64,000 bases of DNA from a virus (taxonomy: Duplodnaviria > Caudoviricetes), in the IMG/VR virus record IMGVR_UViG_3300032030_004230; one strand, given 5' to 3'. Both the position numbers and the translations under genes were made by a program. This document shows positions 1 through 9,957 of this stretch, in pieces (within the stretch, counting starts at the first letter, position 1; every line of letters begins with the position of its first letter). The notes under the pieces were generated by a model, which saw only the letters and a list, made by a program, of their open reading frames with translations, searched no databases and was not told where the DNA came from.

Positions 1-58
1 CAAGATTCTTGCAAGCGGAATTCTTAGCCCAACACTCGGCTAATAAGTTCTAGACAAT

Positions 59-107
59 AAAAAAGCCGCTCCAAAAGAGCGGCTATTATTTTGCATTTTT
101 CTAAATT
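59..107. terminator. Bidirectional intrinsic terminator (GCCGCTC/GAGCGGC stem) between convergent genes
   Basis: A6-GCCGCTC-CAAAA-GAGCGGC-TATTATTTT; near-identical copy at 46636-46684. Confidence 0.8.
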
Positions 108-680
108 CTATATGCCAGTGCTTCCGAATCCGCCAGAGCCTCTAGAAGTTTTTTCTGAGTAGAAAGACTTCTGCAGCTCAGGATTCGTAAACCCATCTAC
201 AAATTCAGGCTTTGTCAAATCAATAAGCTTAGGAATAAGCTGAACCATCTTCTGGCCAAAGTCGAGATGAGTGCAAAGGTCTTTAGAGTAGTTTATGATA
301 TGAATCCCAATCTCACCTTGATAGCTTGAATCAATAATACAAGCACCACACTGAAACTTCTGTTTGCGGCAGACTCCTGATTTGTTGTTCACTTCAAGCT
401 CGATATTGTTGTTGAAGCTAGACTTTATTCCAGACGGGATAAGAATGTCATCGCCGGGCATAACAAAAATGCCAGATTCAGAAGCAGTTGTTCTTAAACG
501 GTTATTTCGAAGCTTCACACCATAGAAAGGCGTTTCAACAATCTCAATCCAAGGGTTGAGCTCTTTAAGCTCTTTCAAGAACTCAAGTGAAAATTCTGGT
601 ACAAAGAAGTCAAAACCAGCATCTTCACCAACATTTCTATTTGGGAACTTTACGTCCCGAATTCGCATAAATTTCATCAT
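108..680 (-). CDS. dut: dUTPase (trimeric)
   Basis: Motifs DAGFDF, NKSG, IIDSSYQGEI, SRGSGGFGSTG; start moved from 710 to the in-frame ATG at 680, downstream of a GTTAAT motif. Confidence 0.93.
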   Translation of the reverse strand: MMKFMRIRDVKFPNRNVGEDAGFDFFVPEFSLEFLKELKELNPWIEIVETPFYGVKLRNNRLRTTASESGIFVMPGDDILIPSGIKSSFNNNIELEVNNKSGVCRKQKFQCGACIIDSSYQGEIGIHIINYSKDLCTHLDFGQKMVQLIPKLIDLTKPEFVDGFTNPELQKSFYSEKTSRGSGGFGSTGI

Positions 681-710
681 AATAAGATTATTAACATCTA
701 TTCGAGACAA

Positions 711-716
711 ACTAAT
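711..716 (+). promoter_or_regulatory. ACTAAT-N5-ATG motif, putative late promoter
   Basis: AAACTAATTTTTTATG with no SD; same arrangement at 9957(-), 10003(+), 35072(-). Confidence 0.6.
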
Positions 717-721
717 TTTTT

Positions 722-3553
722 ATGGCAAATGTAACTCCTTATATAATGGATGAGACTGGCGCTCTTTCTGCTGTTAGTGCAAATAAAGAAGTTCAGTTCA
801 CATCTGCAGACAATAATAGTGAGTATGAGACTGCTAGACTCACTGATGCTATAAAAACTGCTGCTACTAGTAGACCTGCTGAAGCTGCTGAGACTGTTCC
901 GACTTTCACTAATGAAAGAAATTTTGATGGCTTGAATGATGCAGTCAACAGAATCGCTGATAAGCTCAATATTCTTACTTCAGAAGTAAACGGAAAAGAT
1001 GATATTCTCATAGGACCAAGAAATCTAGACAGACTTAGAGACAATGTAAGAATACTTATAAAAGAGCTTTATAGGCAAGATTACGAAGACACAGGTGCTG
1101 CAAATTCTAAGAGATTCTCTGTAACAGCGAATACAAGATCTAGACTAGACTATCTTGACAAGAGTCTTTATCAGCTCAGTTTCAGAACCGCTGCTAATGA
1201 AGTGCCTTTTAAAGCAGGAGCTACTTACAACGGCAAGTCTCTTTATAATGAGCCAACCAGTGATTTTCAAACTTATTCTACAAGTGTAGAGAATATTACA
1301 GATGCAAATGCATTCTATGGCTATGCAAATATTATAGACATTTTGATTGATGCAGTAGCTGGTGGTCAAAACAATCTGCTTAGAAAGAAGCAAAATGCTG
1401 ATTACTTTAACACATCAGCTAAGCTTCTTGAGACTGGCTTGCTCACTACAACTGCTGAAAGCAAAACTGTAACTCAGCTTTCTGATTATCAAAATGCAGC
1501 GACAAAATACAGAGATTCGTGTACCCTAAAAGACAGACTTACTCGACTCGAGAATGCTTTAGATAAGATTTCTCTTAGAACAGTTGGCCGAGCAATCTTT
1601 GATCCTATAGGAGCTCCAGCTCTCTCTACTTCATACTCTGCTAATGCAAGCAGCAATTCTTTTTTGACATTCTATAATGGTCTTTCAAGTGCTGATATGT
1701 TCCTTCAAAGCATATCTCAAATTCTTGGTCTCACTGTTTTGAATGTAGAAGACAGAACAAGACTTAATGGCGGAAAAAGTCCTTCTAACACAAGCCTCAT
1801 TCAGCTTCAAAGCACTGATTATAAAACTTCAGCTAATTCTTTAAAGACAAACAAAAAAGTAGGTCTCGAGGGTTTTGCATATACATTGCTAGACCATGAA
1901 GACAGGACTACAGAGATTGAGGCTTACAAAACCTGTCTTAGTGTAAATTTGAATGGCTACTACAGTCCTTTAAAGCAAAGCAATGGCACTTTTAAGTCTA
2001 CATACTCTATTGGCAATGAAGCTCGTTACATGATGGACCTTTTGTACCCGACTATCACACAATCTGTGGAAAGTATTACTGAAGTGATAGATGGCGAAAA
2101 TAATGGTCTTAGAGACTATGGTATGACTACTTCTTCTGATAGCTCTCTTGACAAAGTTTTGGGAAGTGTCTATGACAACTTGCCCGCTACAACATCTAAA
2201 CTTGGAAAAGACAAGAAAGGATTTATAGCTGGTTATGATTTCACTTCTTCTAGCAGAAGAAACAACTTTGTAGCTACGGGAACAGTGCTTAACAAAGTCA
2301 GAAAAATCATGAGAAATGATTTAGAGACAAGATTTGACGGCATCTATACAGAGCTTGCAAAGATTCAAAATGCTCTTGGTTTCTCTGTTTATAATGGTAA
2401 GAGCGGCAACACAATTCTCAACACTAGCAATTTTCTTTCACTTGTAGATTCTATCTCTGTTGAAAATTCTCCAGGCTCTATATCATTTTCAACGCCTTGG
2501 AAATCTGGATATACAGAAAAAAGCTGTCCAGGTGCTGCAGTCAAGATTGAGTGTTTTGATAAGAGTGGCAATAAGATTAGCTCAGTCAATTCAGCTGCTA
2601 GTAGAGTCCTAGACACTAAGAATAAATACTCAATCGCAGACTATGCTTTGTCTGCTTGGGCTAATTCTATCTATTTAAGAAATTCACTTGAAACTCACTA
2701 CTCATTTGTTCAGTCAGAGATGGAAGATATTAATCAAGGCTTTCTATCATTGGCTGGTATGCTAAGAACGTTAGTAGGTGACGATGACTACAGTGCTGCG
2801 ACAACTAATGCTAGCATTGCCTACGCTACTCGTGTTTCTAAGCAGAGTCTTGCTAATAATTACACTCTTGAGCAACTCAAGTACTTCTCCACTTATGCAA
2901 TTGACAATGCAGTAAGGTATAAAGCAGACAGTCAGTATGAGACAAAGTTTCCCAATACGAATGCTGAAAGACGACTGCCTCTTAAAGAAACATACTTCTT
3001 GACAGGTAGAGTGTACAGTTCTGCTAAGACAATGCCGACAAAGTATCACACAAATGCTAAAGAAGCTGATGTCTTTATGCCAATGAGTGAGTTTGATGCT
3101 TGGGCTACTAATACAGAACAATCTTTCTCTGATACAATTACAACTTACAAAAATGCTATTGACAAAGATCTGGCTTCATATAAAAATGACGTTGATTCTT
3201 CAATTGCAACTTGCACAAATACTGTAAATACATTTGCAGACAGAGTTTCTATGCTTGAGTCTCAGTCTTTGTCAACTGACAAAGCTAACACTCTTGGTAT
3301 CGTCTACAGAAAGAAGAAAGGCACAGACAGTAAAGATGATGCTGAAACATGCTTTGACCAAGCAACTCCTAGCACTACAATGTTCGATCTAGAGTGGAAA
3401 GACAATACACTTAGCACAGCAGGAAAGCAGGTTTTAACAAAAGCTTCTGATCTTAATGACGATGAGAAGGCAAGCTTAAAAGTCGACGGACTCTTTGTAA
3501 ACTTTGCAAAAGACACTGTTCTTAGAACTACTAAACTTTGGAGTCTTCAATAA
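722..3553 (+). CDS. Large putative virion structural protein (fibre/baseplate-like)
   Basis: 943 aa, S/T/N/A-rich; internal repeats RSRLDYLDKSLYQLSFRT / KDRLTRLENALDKISLRT; late-type motif upstream. Confidence 0.55.
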   Translation: MANVTPYIMDETGALSAVSANKEVQFTSADNNSEYETARLTDAIKTAATSRPAEAAETVPTFTNERNFDGLNDAVNRIADKLNILTSEVNGKDDILIGPRNLDRLRDNVRILIKELYRQDYEDTGAANSKRFSVTANTRSRLDYLDKSLYQLSFRTAANEVPFKAGATYNGKSLYNEPTSDFQTYSTSVENITDANAFYGYANIIDILIDAVAGGQNNLLRKKQNADYFNTSAKLLETGLLTTTAESKTVTQLSDYQNAATKYRDSCTLKDRLTRLENALDKISLRTVGRAIFDPIGAPALSTSYSANASSNSFLTFYNGLSSADMFLQSISQILGLTVLNVEDRTRLNGGKSPSNTSLIQLQSTDYKTSANSLKTNKKVGLEGFAYTLLDHEDRTTEIEAYKTCLSVNLNGYYSPLKQSNGTFKSTYSIGNEARYMMDLLYPTITQSVESITEVIDGENNGLRDYGMTTSSDSSLDKVLGSVYDNLPATTSKLGKDKKGFIAGYDFTSSSRRNNFVATGTVLNKVRKIMRNDLETRFDGIYTELAKIQNALGFSVYNGKSGNTILNTSNFLSLVDSISVENSPGSISFSTPWKSGYTEKSCPGAAVKIECFDKSGNKISSVNSAASRVLDTKNKYSIADYALSAWANSIYLRNSLETHYSFVQSEMEDINQGFLSLAGMLRTLVGDDDYSAATTNASIAYATRVSKQSLANNYTLEQLKYFSTYAIDNAVRYKADSQYETKFPNTNAERRLPLKETYFLTGRVYSSAKTMPTKYHTNAKEADVFMPMSEFDAWATNTEQSFSDTITTYKNAIDKDLASYKNDVDSSIATCTNTVNTFADRVSMLESQSLSTDKANTLGIVYRKKKGTDSKDDAETCFDQATPSTTMFDLEWKDNTLSTAGKQVLTKASDLNDDEKASLKVDGLFVNFAKDTVLRTTKLWSLQ

Positions 3554-4081
3554 ATGGTAGATTTAATTTTTTGTAAGACAAAAGACTTCTCTCTAGCAAA
3601 GAGCTCTTTGTCAGAGAATGGCACAATATGGGTTGAATGTTCTTCTGGAGAGAAGTTGAATGACTTAGGTGACTTTCATTTAGAGAACAGTCTTGTTGTT
3701 TGTAATGGCGAAGAGACAAAAACCTTCTACCATTACTCTAAGTCAGATAAATACATTTGGAATTCTGTAGAAGTTCTTAGAGAAGTTGTTGTGCCATATA
3801 CTGTAAAGGGCGAGAATGGTGAAAGAATTAAGCGTGGGTGGGACTACTTAGACGGAAAACCGATGAGATGGACTAGTCTTGGTAATGCTTTGTACTGCTC
3901 AGATGAGAATTTTCTAAAGCAACTTTTAGTCTTGACATCATCAAACAAATCTTCTTCAGTTATAGAGTTCCCAGACATTAAAATAGAAAGAGACTACTCT
4001 ATGCTAAGAGGAAAAGCTTCTACATCTGAAGACTGTGAACTATCTTTTAAGAACAGAAGTTTTCTCCCAAAAGAGAAATAA
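3554..4081 (+). CDS. Hypothetical protein
   Basis: 175-aa ORF abutting the upstream stop (TAAATG). Confidence 0.75.
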   Translation: MVDLIFCKTKDFSLAKSSLSENGTIWVECSSGEKLNDLGDFHLENSLVVCNGEETKTFYHYSKSDKYIWNSVEVLREVVVPYTVKGENGERIKRGWDYLDGKPMRWTSLGNALYCSDENFLKQLLVLTSSNKSSSVIEFPDIKIERDYSMLRGKASTSEDCELSFKNRSFLPKEK

Positions 4082-4096
4082 GAAAGGAAACATACT

Positions 4097-4942
4097 TTGA
4101 TTAGCTTATACAATAAAAATTGTTTTGATGTGATGAAGTCTTTGAAGAATGCTTCAGTAAAAATGATTTTTGCAGACCCACCATACGGCATATCAATTCA
4201 GTCTAAGAAGCAAAATACAGAGTGGGACGATCTCTCTGACAAAGATCTTTCCAATCTTCTAAACAATTTACTGTCTGAAGCAGAAAGACTTCTCACAGAA
4301 GATGGTGTTCTTTGGATGTGCTATGGTCCCACTAAACAAGCAATTGTAGATTCAGTTATTGAGAACTCTAATCTGCTAGAGATCAAAGAACTTCACTCTT
4401 ACTACACAAGACAAAAAGGAAGAGGCGCTAAGACAAAACTTAAGTCTTTGAGAGAAGACATTGTTTGTCTTGCAAAGAAAAACTTTAGACCAAACTTTAG
4501 CAGAATTAAAGAGCTTGCAAAATCTAGAAAAGAAAATGATCTTCCTGTTGGTCATGCATTAGATATTTTTACAAGCAAAAGAGTTCCTGTATACAGCTCT
4601 ATTGGAAATTGTTTCTTCTATACAACGCCTTCTTATGTGAATGTAAGTGAAAGACAGATACACACATGCCAGAAGCCAGTAATGCTCATTCATGATTTGA
4701 TTGAATTGTCTACTGAAGATAAAGACTTGATTCTAGATCCTTTTGCAGGCTCTTGTGCAAGTGCTATTGCAGCAAGTCTTTCTGGAAGAGACTATATTGG
4801 ATGCGAAATGGATTCAGACATGTTTGCAAAGTCTAAAGAATGGGTAGAAGAATTTACCGACATGTCTTCAAGAGTTTATGCAGGCTTGTCTAAATTTTCT
4901 GACTGTCCTTTTGCTGATCCCGACGTCAAATGTTTTTTGTAG
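4097..4942 (+). CDS. DNA methyltransferase, N6-A/N4-C, beta class
   Basis: N-terminal DPPY, HTCQKP, C-terminal DPFAGS SAM-binding motif; TTG start. Confidence 0.9.
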   Translation: MISLYNKNCFDVMKSLKNASVKMIFADPPYGISIQSKKQNTEWDDLSDKDLSNLLNNLLSEAERLLTEDGVLWMCYGPTKQAIVDSVIENSNLLEIKELHSYYTRQKGRGAKTKLKSLREDIVCLAKKNFRPNFSRIKELAKSRKENDLPVGHALDIFTSKRVPVYSSIGNCFFYTTPSYVNVSERQIHTCQKPVMLIHDLIELSTEDKDLILDPFAGSCASAIAASLSGRDYIGCEMDSDMFAKSKEWVEEFTDMSSRVYAGLSKFSDCPFADPDVKCFL

Positions 4943-5462
4943 CTGCAGACATTGCATCTGAAAAAGAATCACTATCAAAAACTTTTGCAAAGAAGTTGTT
5001 TGGCTTGTCTTCTTCAATATTATGATTTACTCTTTTGTACTCAAGATACTTAATCAAGTTACTGTACAAATCTTCTTCTAAAGAACATGAAGCAATCTCT
5101 ACAGTTTCAGTGTTTATAGAAATAAGAGCTTCTTCAAACCATCTTGTATTTGACGACATAACAGAAACATTGCTCTTGAAGAAAGAGATCTGACAAGTAT
5201 TCTTTGCGTCCACTACAGCAAAAATCGGATATGTCAAGCCCATTTCTGCAAATTCAGCATCTAGACTGAATTTCAAAAAGTATCGTACTTTTTTCTTATT
5301 GTCTATAGAGTCTACATTAGCGCTTGCTTCGAAGTCTAGATTGTCAAGCAAAAGAACTACATGTTCTAAAAATGCTTTTGAATGCACTACTTCTGTAAAG
5401 CTCACATTTTTGAATTTTGATTTGATCTCTAAATCTTTTACAAAATCAGATAGCTTGCTCAT
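4926..5462 (-). CDS. Hypothetical protein
   Basis: 178-aa ORF, ATG start, part of a - strand run. Confidence 0.7.
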   Translation of the reverse strand: MSKLSDFVKDLEIKSKFKNVSFTEVVHSKAFLEHVVLLLDNLDFEASANVDSIDNKKKVRYFLKFSLDAEFAEMGLTYPIFAVVDAKNTCQISFFKSNVSVMSSNTRWFEEALISINTETVEIASCSLEEDLYSNLIKYLEYKRVNHNIEEDKPNNFFAKVFDSDSFSDAMSAATKNI

Positions 5463-5463
5463 T

Positions 5464-5619
5464 CTATTTCCCTCTTTTCTTTACTTGCTTGTTGTACTCT
5501 GTAGCAGCTTTGCCTAGGTTTATTCTAGCTCGTTGCGAGCCAGTCTTCAAAAATTCTATAGCTGCTTCTAGAAGCTTTAATGACAGTGGGTACAAAGCTT
5601 TATAGTCTTCTTCTTTCAT
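5464..5619 (-). CDS. Small hypothetical protein (51 aa, MKEEDYKALYPLSLKLL...), not in ORF track
   Basis: Translated by hand; fills the gap exactly and is preceded by GTTAAT-N8-ATG. Confidence 0.6.
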   Translation of the reverse strand: MKEEDYKALYPLSLKLLEAAIEFLKTGSQRARINLGKAATEYNKQVKKRGK

Positions 5620-5628
5620 AAAAGAAAA

Positions 5629-5832
5629 TTAACTTTTTGAAAGAGCGTCTTTTATCAGAAGAGAGATTCCAATAAGAACATTAAGAATCATCAAGATTCC
5701 GATAATGAACGTAACAAAATAGCCAGCTCCAAAAGCTAATCTTTCATAAGAAGCTTTAGCAAGCAAAAGCGCCACGAACAATGCAAATGAGTAAAATATT
5801 GCATGTATAGCAAAGCTTTTCTCATCAATCAA
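5629..5832 (-). CDS. Small membrane protein (2 TM)
   Basis: Two hydrophobic segments. Confidence 0.6.
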   Translation of the reverse strand: MIDEKSFAIHAIFYSFALFVALLLAKASYERLAFGAGYFVTFIIGILMILNVLIGISLLIKDALSKS

Positions 5833-5844
5833 ATAATACTCTCA

Positions 5845-6033
5845 CTACAAATCTAATCTTTTTACTGCTTCTTGCAGATTACAATACGGACATAATCTTA
5901 CTTTGTAAAGTGTTTTAGTCTTAGGACTGTTGTACTGCTCTCTTCGTATGTATCTATAGTAGTAAGACCTTCCACAGCAGTCACACATCTCATATTCTTC
6001 AGGTTTAGGTTCTTCTATTTTATCGTTTGACAT
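5845..6033 (-). CDS. Small zinc-ribbon protein
   Basis: CDCC...CPYC. Confidence 0.6.
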   Translation of the reverse strand: MSNDKIEEPKPEEYEMCDCCGRSYYYRYIRREQYNSPKTKTLYKVRLCPYCNLQEAVKRLDL

Positions 6034-6104
6034 TTTAGTTCTTCTTAGAAAAAAGCTTTTACTAAATAATTAACATACTTATATCTCATAATGGAGAAAT
6101 TTAC

Positions 6105-7757
6105 ATGGAGAATACAGAATACAATGTGCCAGAAGTAGAAGAGACTGACTCACAGTACTCTGAAACTGGCAAATATGGTGATGGTGTTCCTACTATTGAC
6201 AGTTCTGATATTGAAGAAAAAGTAGAATCAGATTCTGGCTCTTGGCAGGACGCAATTGAAGAAGCTACTGAAGACAGAATTCAGTACGACTTCTCTGCAG
6301 ACGATGATGCAGATGACACTACAGAAGAAAGCACTGCTGAAGCTGGTGATACAGTTGTAGAGCCTTCCCTTGAAGATGTTGTAAAAAGTCGTCTTGAAGA
6401 CGCAAGGGCAGACATTGTCGAAGATGTAGACAATATTTTTGCAAACATCATAATGAAGTTCGAAGACGCTGGCGGCTCTTTTGAGAATGAAACAGGCGAT
6501 GAGCTTGTAAAAAATGCAGAAGAAGAGTTTGGTGTTGATGATGTTGATTACGGTGACACTGACAACAGCTTTGACAAGGTCGTCGTTCTTAAAGAAGCAG
6601 TGATTGCAAAGAGATTAAGAGAAGCTGAAGGTCTCTTCACTGTTGAAGAGGCTCTTAAGAAAGCTGATAAGAAAGACTGGGATAGAGCTTTGGCACACTA
6701 CTCTGAGGCTCAAGTTGAAAGCATGTTCAATAAGATCACTGATCCACGAAAAAGGATTGGTAGAGCAATTGCTTTCTATACTGCATCAATGCTCACTAAA
6801 GGCTACACAGCGCATGGGGAATACAAATATCTTCGTGGCTTCATTGATCAGTCATCTTTGGATGAGTTTTTCCATGAAGGGGACGGTTACTATGACTCTT
6901 GTGAGAAATGCATAGTCGACCTTTGGCCAAAAGTCAAAGATCTCATTAATGCTTCACCAGAGGCAGTTGGCAAGTTTGAAGAAGCTTATGAAGAAGCTTT
7001 GAAGAAGATCGACCAGAAAGCTGCTGAGAAAAAAGCTGCTGAAATGAAAAAAGCTGCTGAAAAGGCTAAGAAAGAGAAAGAAACTGAATGGCTCAAAAAG
7101 CAGTATCAAGCTGCTGGAGCTGCAGTTTTTCAAGTTTCTAGTGAATGGAATTCCTTTGGCGGTTATATTGGCCAGTATGGAAAAGTTGCATACACACCTT
7201 CTGGAAGAAAGATGTCTGATGAAGAAATCTATAGAAAAATCCAGAAATACAATGATGAAAACTACTATGAGCCAAAATACTTTGCTGTAGCAGGCTTCCA
7301 TGGTGGATATGATAGAGACTTTGGTGTAGAGTACGAAGGCAAAACAATCTATACTCTTGACATTGCAAAAGCTTATGAGGACTACATAAATTACTCAACA
7401 GATGGCTATCTGAGCGTCTACAAAATCTCTAAGAGAATCAAAATGGAAGAATCTCTTGAAGCTGAGAACGAAGATCCTACTTTGACAGATTATCAGAAAG
7501 ACGTAGTCAAAGAGATGGTCAAATGTGATTTTGAATGCGGCAAAACTGAAAACGATTACGATGAGCTTGTAGGACTTCTCAAAGAAGATGAAGACTTTGC
7601 TGGTGTAGAATCAGCTGCTGCCGACTACTATATGGAACTTTTGGACTACGGCCCTGCAGGCTTCTATGAAGAGTTCAAAGATGAGCTTGACTTCGATCCC
7701 GACTTTATTGCTGAGTACGGTGATGAAGATGACGAAGAAAACTTCGAAGAAGACTAA
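6105..7757 (+). CDS. Acidic multi-domain protein, putative head-internal (cargo) protein
   Basis: 550 aa, very acidic ends, several LxE-type sites (LKEA, LREA, LEAE); GGAG SD. Confidence 0.55.
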   Translation: MENTEYNVPEVEETDSQYSETGKYGDGVPTIDSSDIEEKVESDSGSWQDAIEEATEDRIQYDFSADDDADDTTEESTAEAGDTVVEPSLEDVVKSRLEDARADIVEDVDNIFANIIMKFEDAGGSFENETGDELVKNAEEEFGVDDVDYGDTDNSFDKVVVLKEAVIAKRLREAEGLFTVEEALKKADKKDWDRALAHYSEAQVESMFNKITDPRKRIGRAIAFYTASMLTKGYTAHGEYKYLRGFIDQSSLDEFFHEGDGYYDSCEKCIVDLWPKVKDLINASPEAVGKFEEAYEEALKKIDQKAAEKKAAEMKKAAEKAKKEKETEWLKKQYQAAGAAVFQVSSEWNSFGGYIGQYGKVAYTPSGRKMSDEEIYRKIQKYNDENYYEPKYFAVAGFHGGYDRDFGVEYEGKTIYTLDIAKAYEDYINYSTDGYLSVYKISKRIKMEESLEAENEDPTLTDYQKDVVKEMVKCDFECGKTENDYDELVGLLKEDEDFAGVESAAADYYMELLDYGPAGFYEEFKDELDFDPDFIAEYGDEDDEENFEED

Positions 7758-7809
7758 TTTCTAAGTAGATGAGGAGACACTAAGTCTCCTCTCAATTTTT
7801 GGAGATACT

Positions 7810-7992
7810 ATGGACAAACTTGATTACTACACAGAAGAACTTTGTGGAATCTACGAGCTCACAAGAACTGATGAGACACTTACAGACGAAGATGTAAGAA
7901 AAGTTTATGAAGCAAAAGACTACGCAGAAGAAAATAACTGTGAAGAACTTTTGAACTTGGCAAATATTCTTATTGAGAGGATTGAAAAATGA
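7810..7992 (+). CDS. Hypothetical protein
   Basis: 60 aa, GGAG SD. Confidence 0.7.
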   Translation: MDKLDYYTEELCGIYELTRTDETLTDEDVRKVYEAKDYAEENNCEELLNLANILIERIEK

Positions 7993-8285
7993 AAGAATGT
8001 ACATGCAATTGCAAAGACGGAAAATGCACATGTGGTGCTGCAGAAGAGAACTTGAATGTTATCAGAGAATGCGTTCTTGAGGCTTTGAAAGAAGTTGGTG
8101 TAAGAGGCTTTCTTAATGTTTTTCTTAAAGCACCATCTGGAAGACTTTTCCCAGCTCAAGTAGACGGTCGGCAGATCAATACAGCACCTGATGAAAAATC
8201 AAAGAATGAAGCTCTTGCAAAAATAAATGCAGCTTATCACAAGAACTACACTCTAGACCAATTGGTTTTCCAACCAGCAGCCTAA
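7989..8285 (+). CDS. Hypothetical protein with Cys-rich N-terminus
   Basis: CTCNCKDGKCTC; ATGA overlap. Confidence 0.7.
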   Translation: MKECTCNCKDGKCTCGAAEENLNVIRECVLEALKEVGVRGFLNVFLKAPSGRLFPAQVDGRQINTAPDEKSKNEALAKINAAYHKNYTLDQLVFQPAA

Positions 8286-8288
8286 ATT

Positions 8289-8322
8289 AAAAAGCCACTC
8301 ATTTAGAGTGGCTTATTTTTTT
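8289..8322. terminator. Bidirectional intrinsic terminator
   Basis: A5-GCCACTC-ATTTA-GAGTGGC-T-rich tail between convergent genes. Confidence 0.8.
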
Positions 8323-8868
8323 TTAGAAATAATTGTTGTCTTCATTTCGCTCCAACTCATAATTAAGAGCAAAATGACTTCCTTCAGTAGATGCATACTT
8401 CCATCCAAGAAGATTTTCGATTGAACTGATCTCTCTAGAATCAATAAGACGAGAGCAAATGTTATTTTCTTTATTTTTGTAGTAAACTAAGATTGTGGGA
8501 GAAGACTCTTCACTCAATTTCGGCAGTTTATAATTTGCAGAATCTACAAAATGAACTTTCTCTTCATCAAAGAAATCACCGTACTTTTTAGAAACTTTTT
8601 CTGCATAAAGACGAATTTGTCGAAGAATCTTCTCATTCATCTCTTCAAGAGATTTTTTCTCTATTTCACCATTGAATAAGAATACTTGAAATCTTCGTTT
8701 TTTAAGAGAAACAAATTCATAAGCTTCATCACCAATAGACCACCAGAAGTGTGGGATTGGCGTGCAAAGAGGGCTGAATCTTGCGGGTATTGCATGAATC
8801 TTTACATTAAGCGGATTTCTAATCCATGCTTTTAATGCTTCAATAAGACAATTGCTGTGCATAGTCAT
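8323..8868 (-). CDS. Hypothetical protein
   Basis: 181 aa, AGGAGG SD, TATTATATTA motif upstream (8888-8897). Confidence 0.75.
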   Translation of the reverse strand: MTMHSNCLIEALKAWIRNPLNVKIHAIPARFSPLCTPIPHFWWSIGDEAYEFVSLKKRRFQVFLFNGEIEKKSLEEMNEKILRQIRLYAEKVSKKYGDFFDEEKVHFVDSANYKLPKLSEESSPTILVYYKNKENNICSRLIDSREISSIENLLGWKYASTEGSHFALNYELERNEDNNYF

Positions 8869-8901
8869 TATGTCCTCCTTGCTATAATAATATAATAAAA
8901 G

Positions 8902-9957
8902 TTACATAGTGATTTTAGTTATTATACGAGCTATTTTGTAATGATAGTCTGGCCTATAGCTACAAGGGATAATCACCATACCATAATTTGCACTTAAACT
9001 GTCTGCTTTTTGTTTGATGGCAGTGTTTCGTTTATATATTGAGCTGACACCGTCTCTTTTGTACGCATAATCAATTGTACAATCACCCACAGAATCAGCA
9101 TTTGACGGTAAGACGAACTCTAAAATTATAACATTTCTTAGATCTTTTTTTGTGCATTTATAAGGCATATTGAACAATACTTTATTGGGACCAGTTCCAA
9201 CTGGTATGGCCTCATAAGGACATTGGTTTATAGAATGAAGAGTGTCACCAAAGCTCAATTTGTTTGTTGAAGTTGGAGAACCAAAACAGAAAGTATTTCT
9301 GATGCTATCATATACCAGGTCTGATACAGTACTTAGATCTAATGTCACATTCTGATAGAAAACAACATTCTGCAAGCCAGAATAATAATTCTTAAGTTTG
9401 TTAAGATCATCTTTGTAGTCAAATAGCCTGTTGTAAAAGAGTCTTCTATCAGGTCCCTTATAATCTATGGTGTTGCTCCCCCCTTGTTTTCCAGCTACGA
9501 ATACAGGTGTAGATACTATAAGCAAATGTCCGCTAAAGGCAGTTACTGATGTTGCTGTAGCTGTGCTTGAGTTCTCAAGCTTTTTAATGTCTTTATCAAC
9601 TGTGGGGAACAGGAGTGTTATAGTTACATTAGGCAATAATATAAACGGATGAATCGTTGATCCGCCTGCATTTATAATTTTTTGTATGTGGATAGCTTTT
9701 GGGTATTTAGTAGAATTTTTGATTGTGAGCTCTTTTACATAGTAGTTTGGATCTGTAGGACGAGCACTATTGAAAGAACACATAAACGCATAAAAAGATT
9801 TTGGCTCATTATATGGATCTGTGATTTTTACTGTAACTTGCCCATCAAAGGTGGCGTTATCAACAGTTTTACAGCTCTTTCTTATGCATCTGTAGTCAAA
9901 AGCATCATAGCTGCTTATTATTCCATGAGAAGCAGTGTTGCCAAATTCAATTTGCAT
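8902..9957 (-). CDS. Putative virion/tail-associated protein
   Basis: 351 aa, beta-rich composition, ACTAAT-N5-ATG late-type motif. Confidence 0.5.
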   Translation of the reverse strand: MQIEFGNTASHGIISSYDAFDYRCIRKSCKTVDNATFDGQVTVKITDPYNEPKSFYAFMCSFNSARPTDPNYYVKELTIKNSTKYPKAIHIQKIINAGGSTIHPFILLPNVTITLLFPTVDKDIKKLENSSTATATSVTAFSGHLLIVSTPVFVAGKQGGSNTIDYKGPDRRLFYNRLFDYKDDLNKLKNYYSGLQNVVFYQNVTLDLSTVSDLVYDSIRNTFCFGSPTSTNKLSFGDTLHSINQCPYEAIPVGTGPNKVLFNMPYKCTKKDLRNVIILEFVLPSNADSVGDCTIDYAYKRDGVSSIYKRNTAIKQKADSLSANYGMVIIPCSYRPDYHYKIARIITKITM

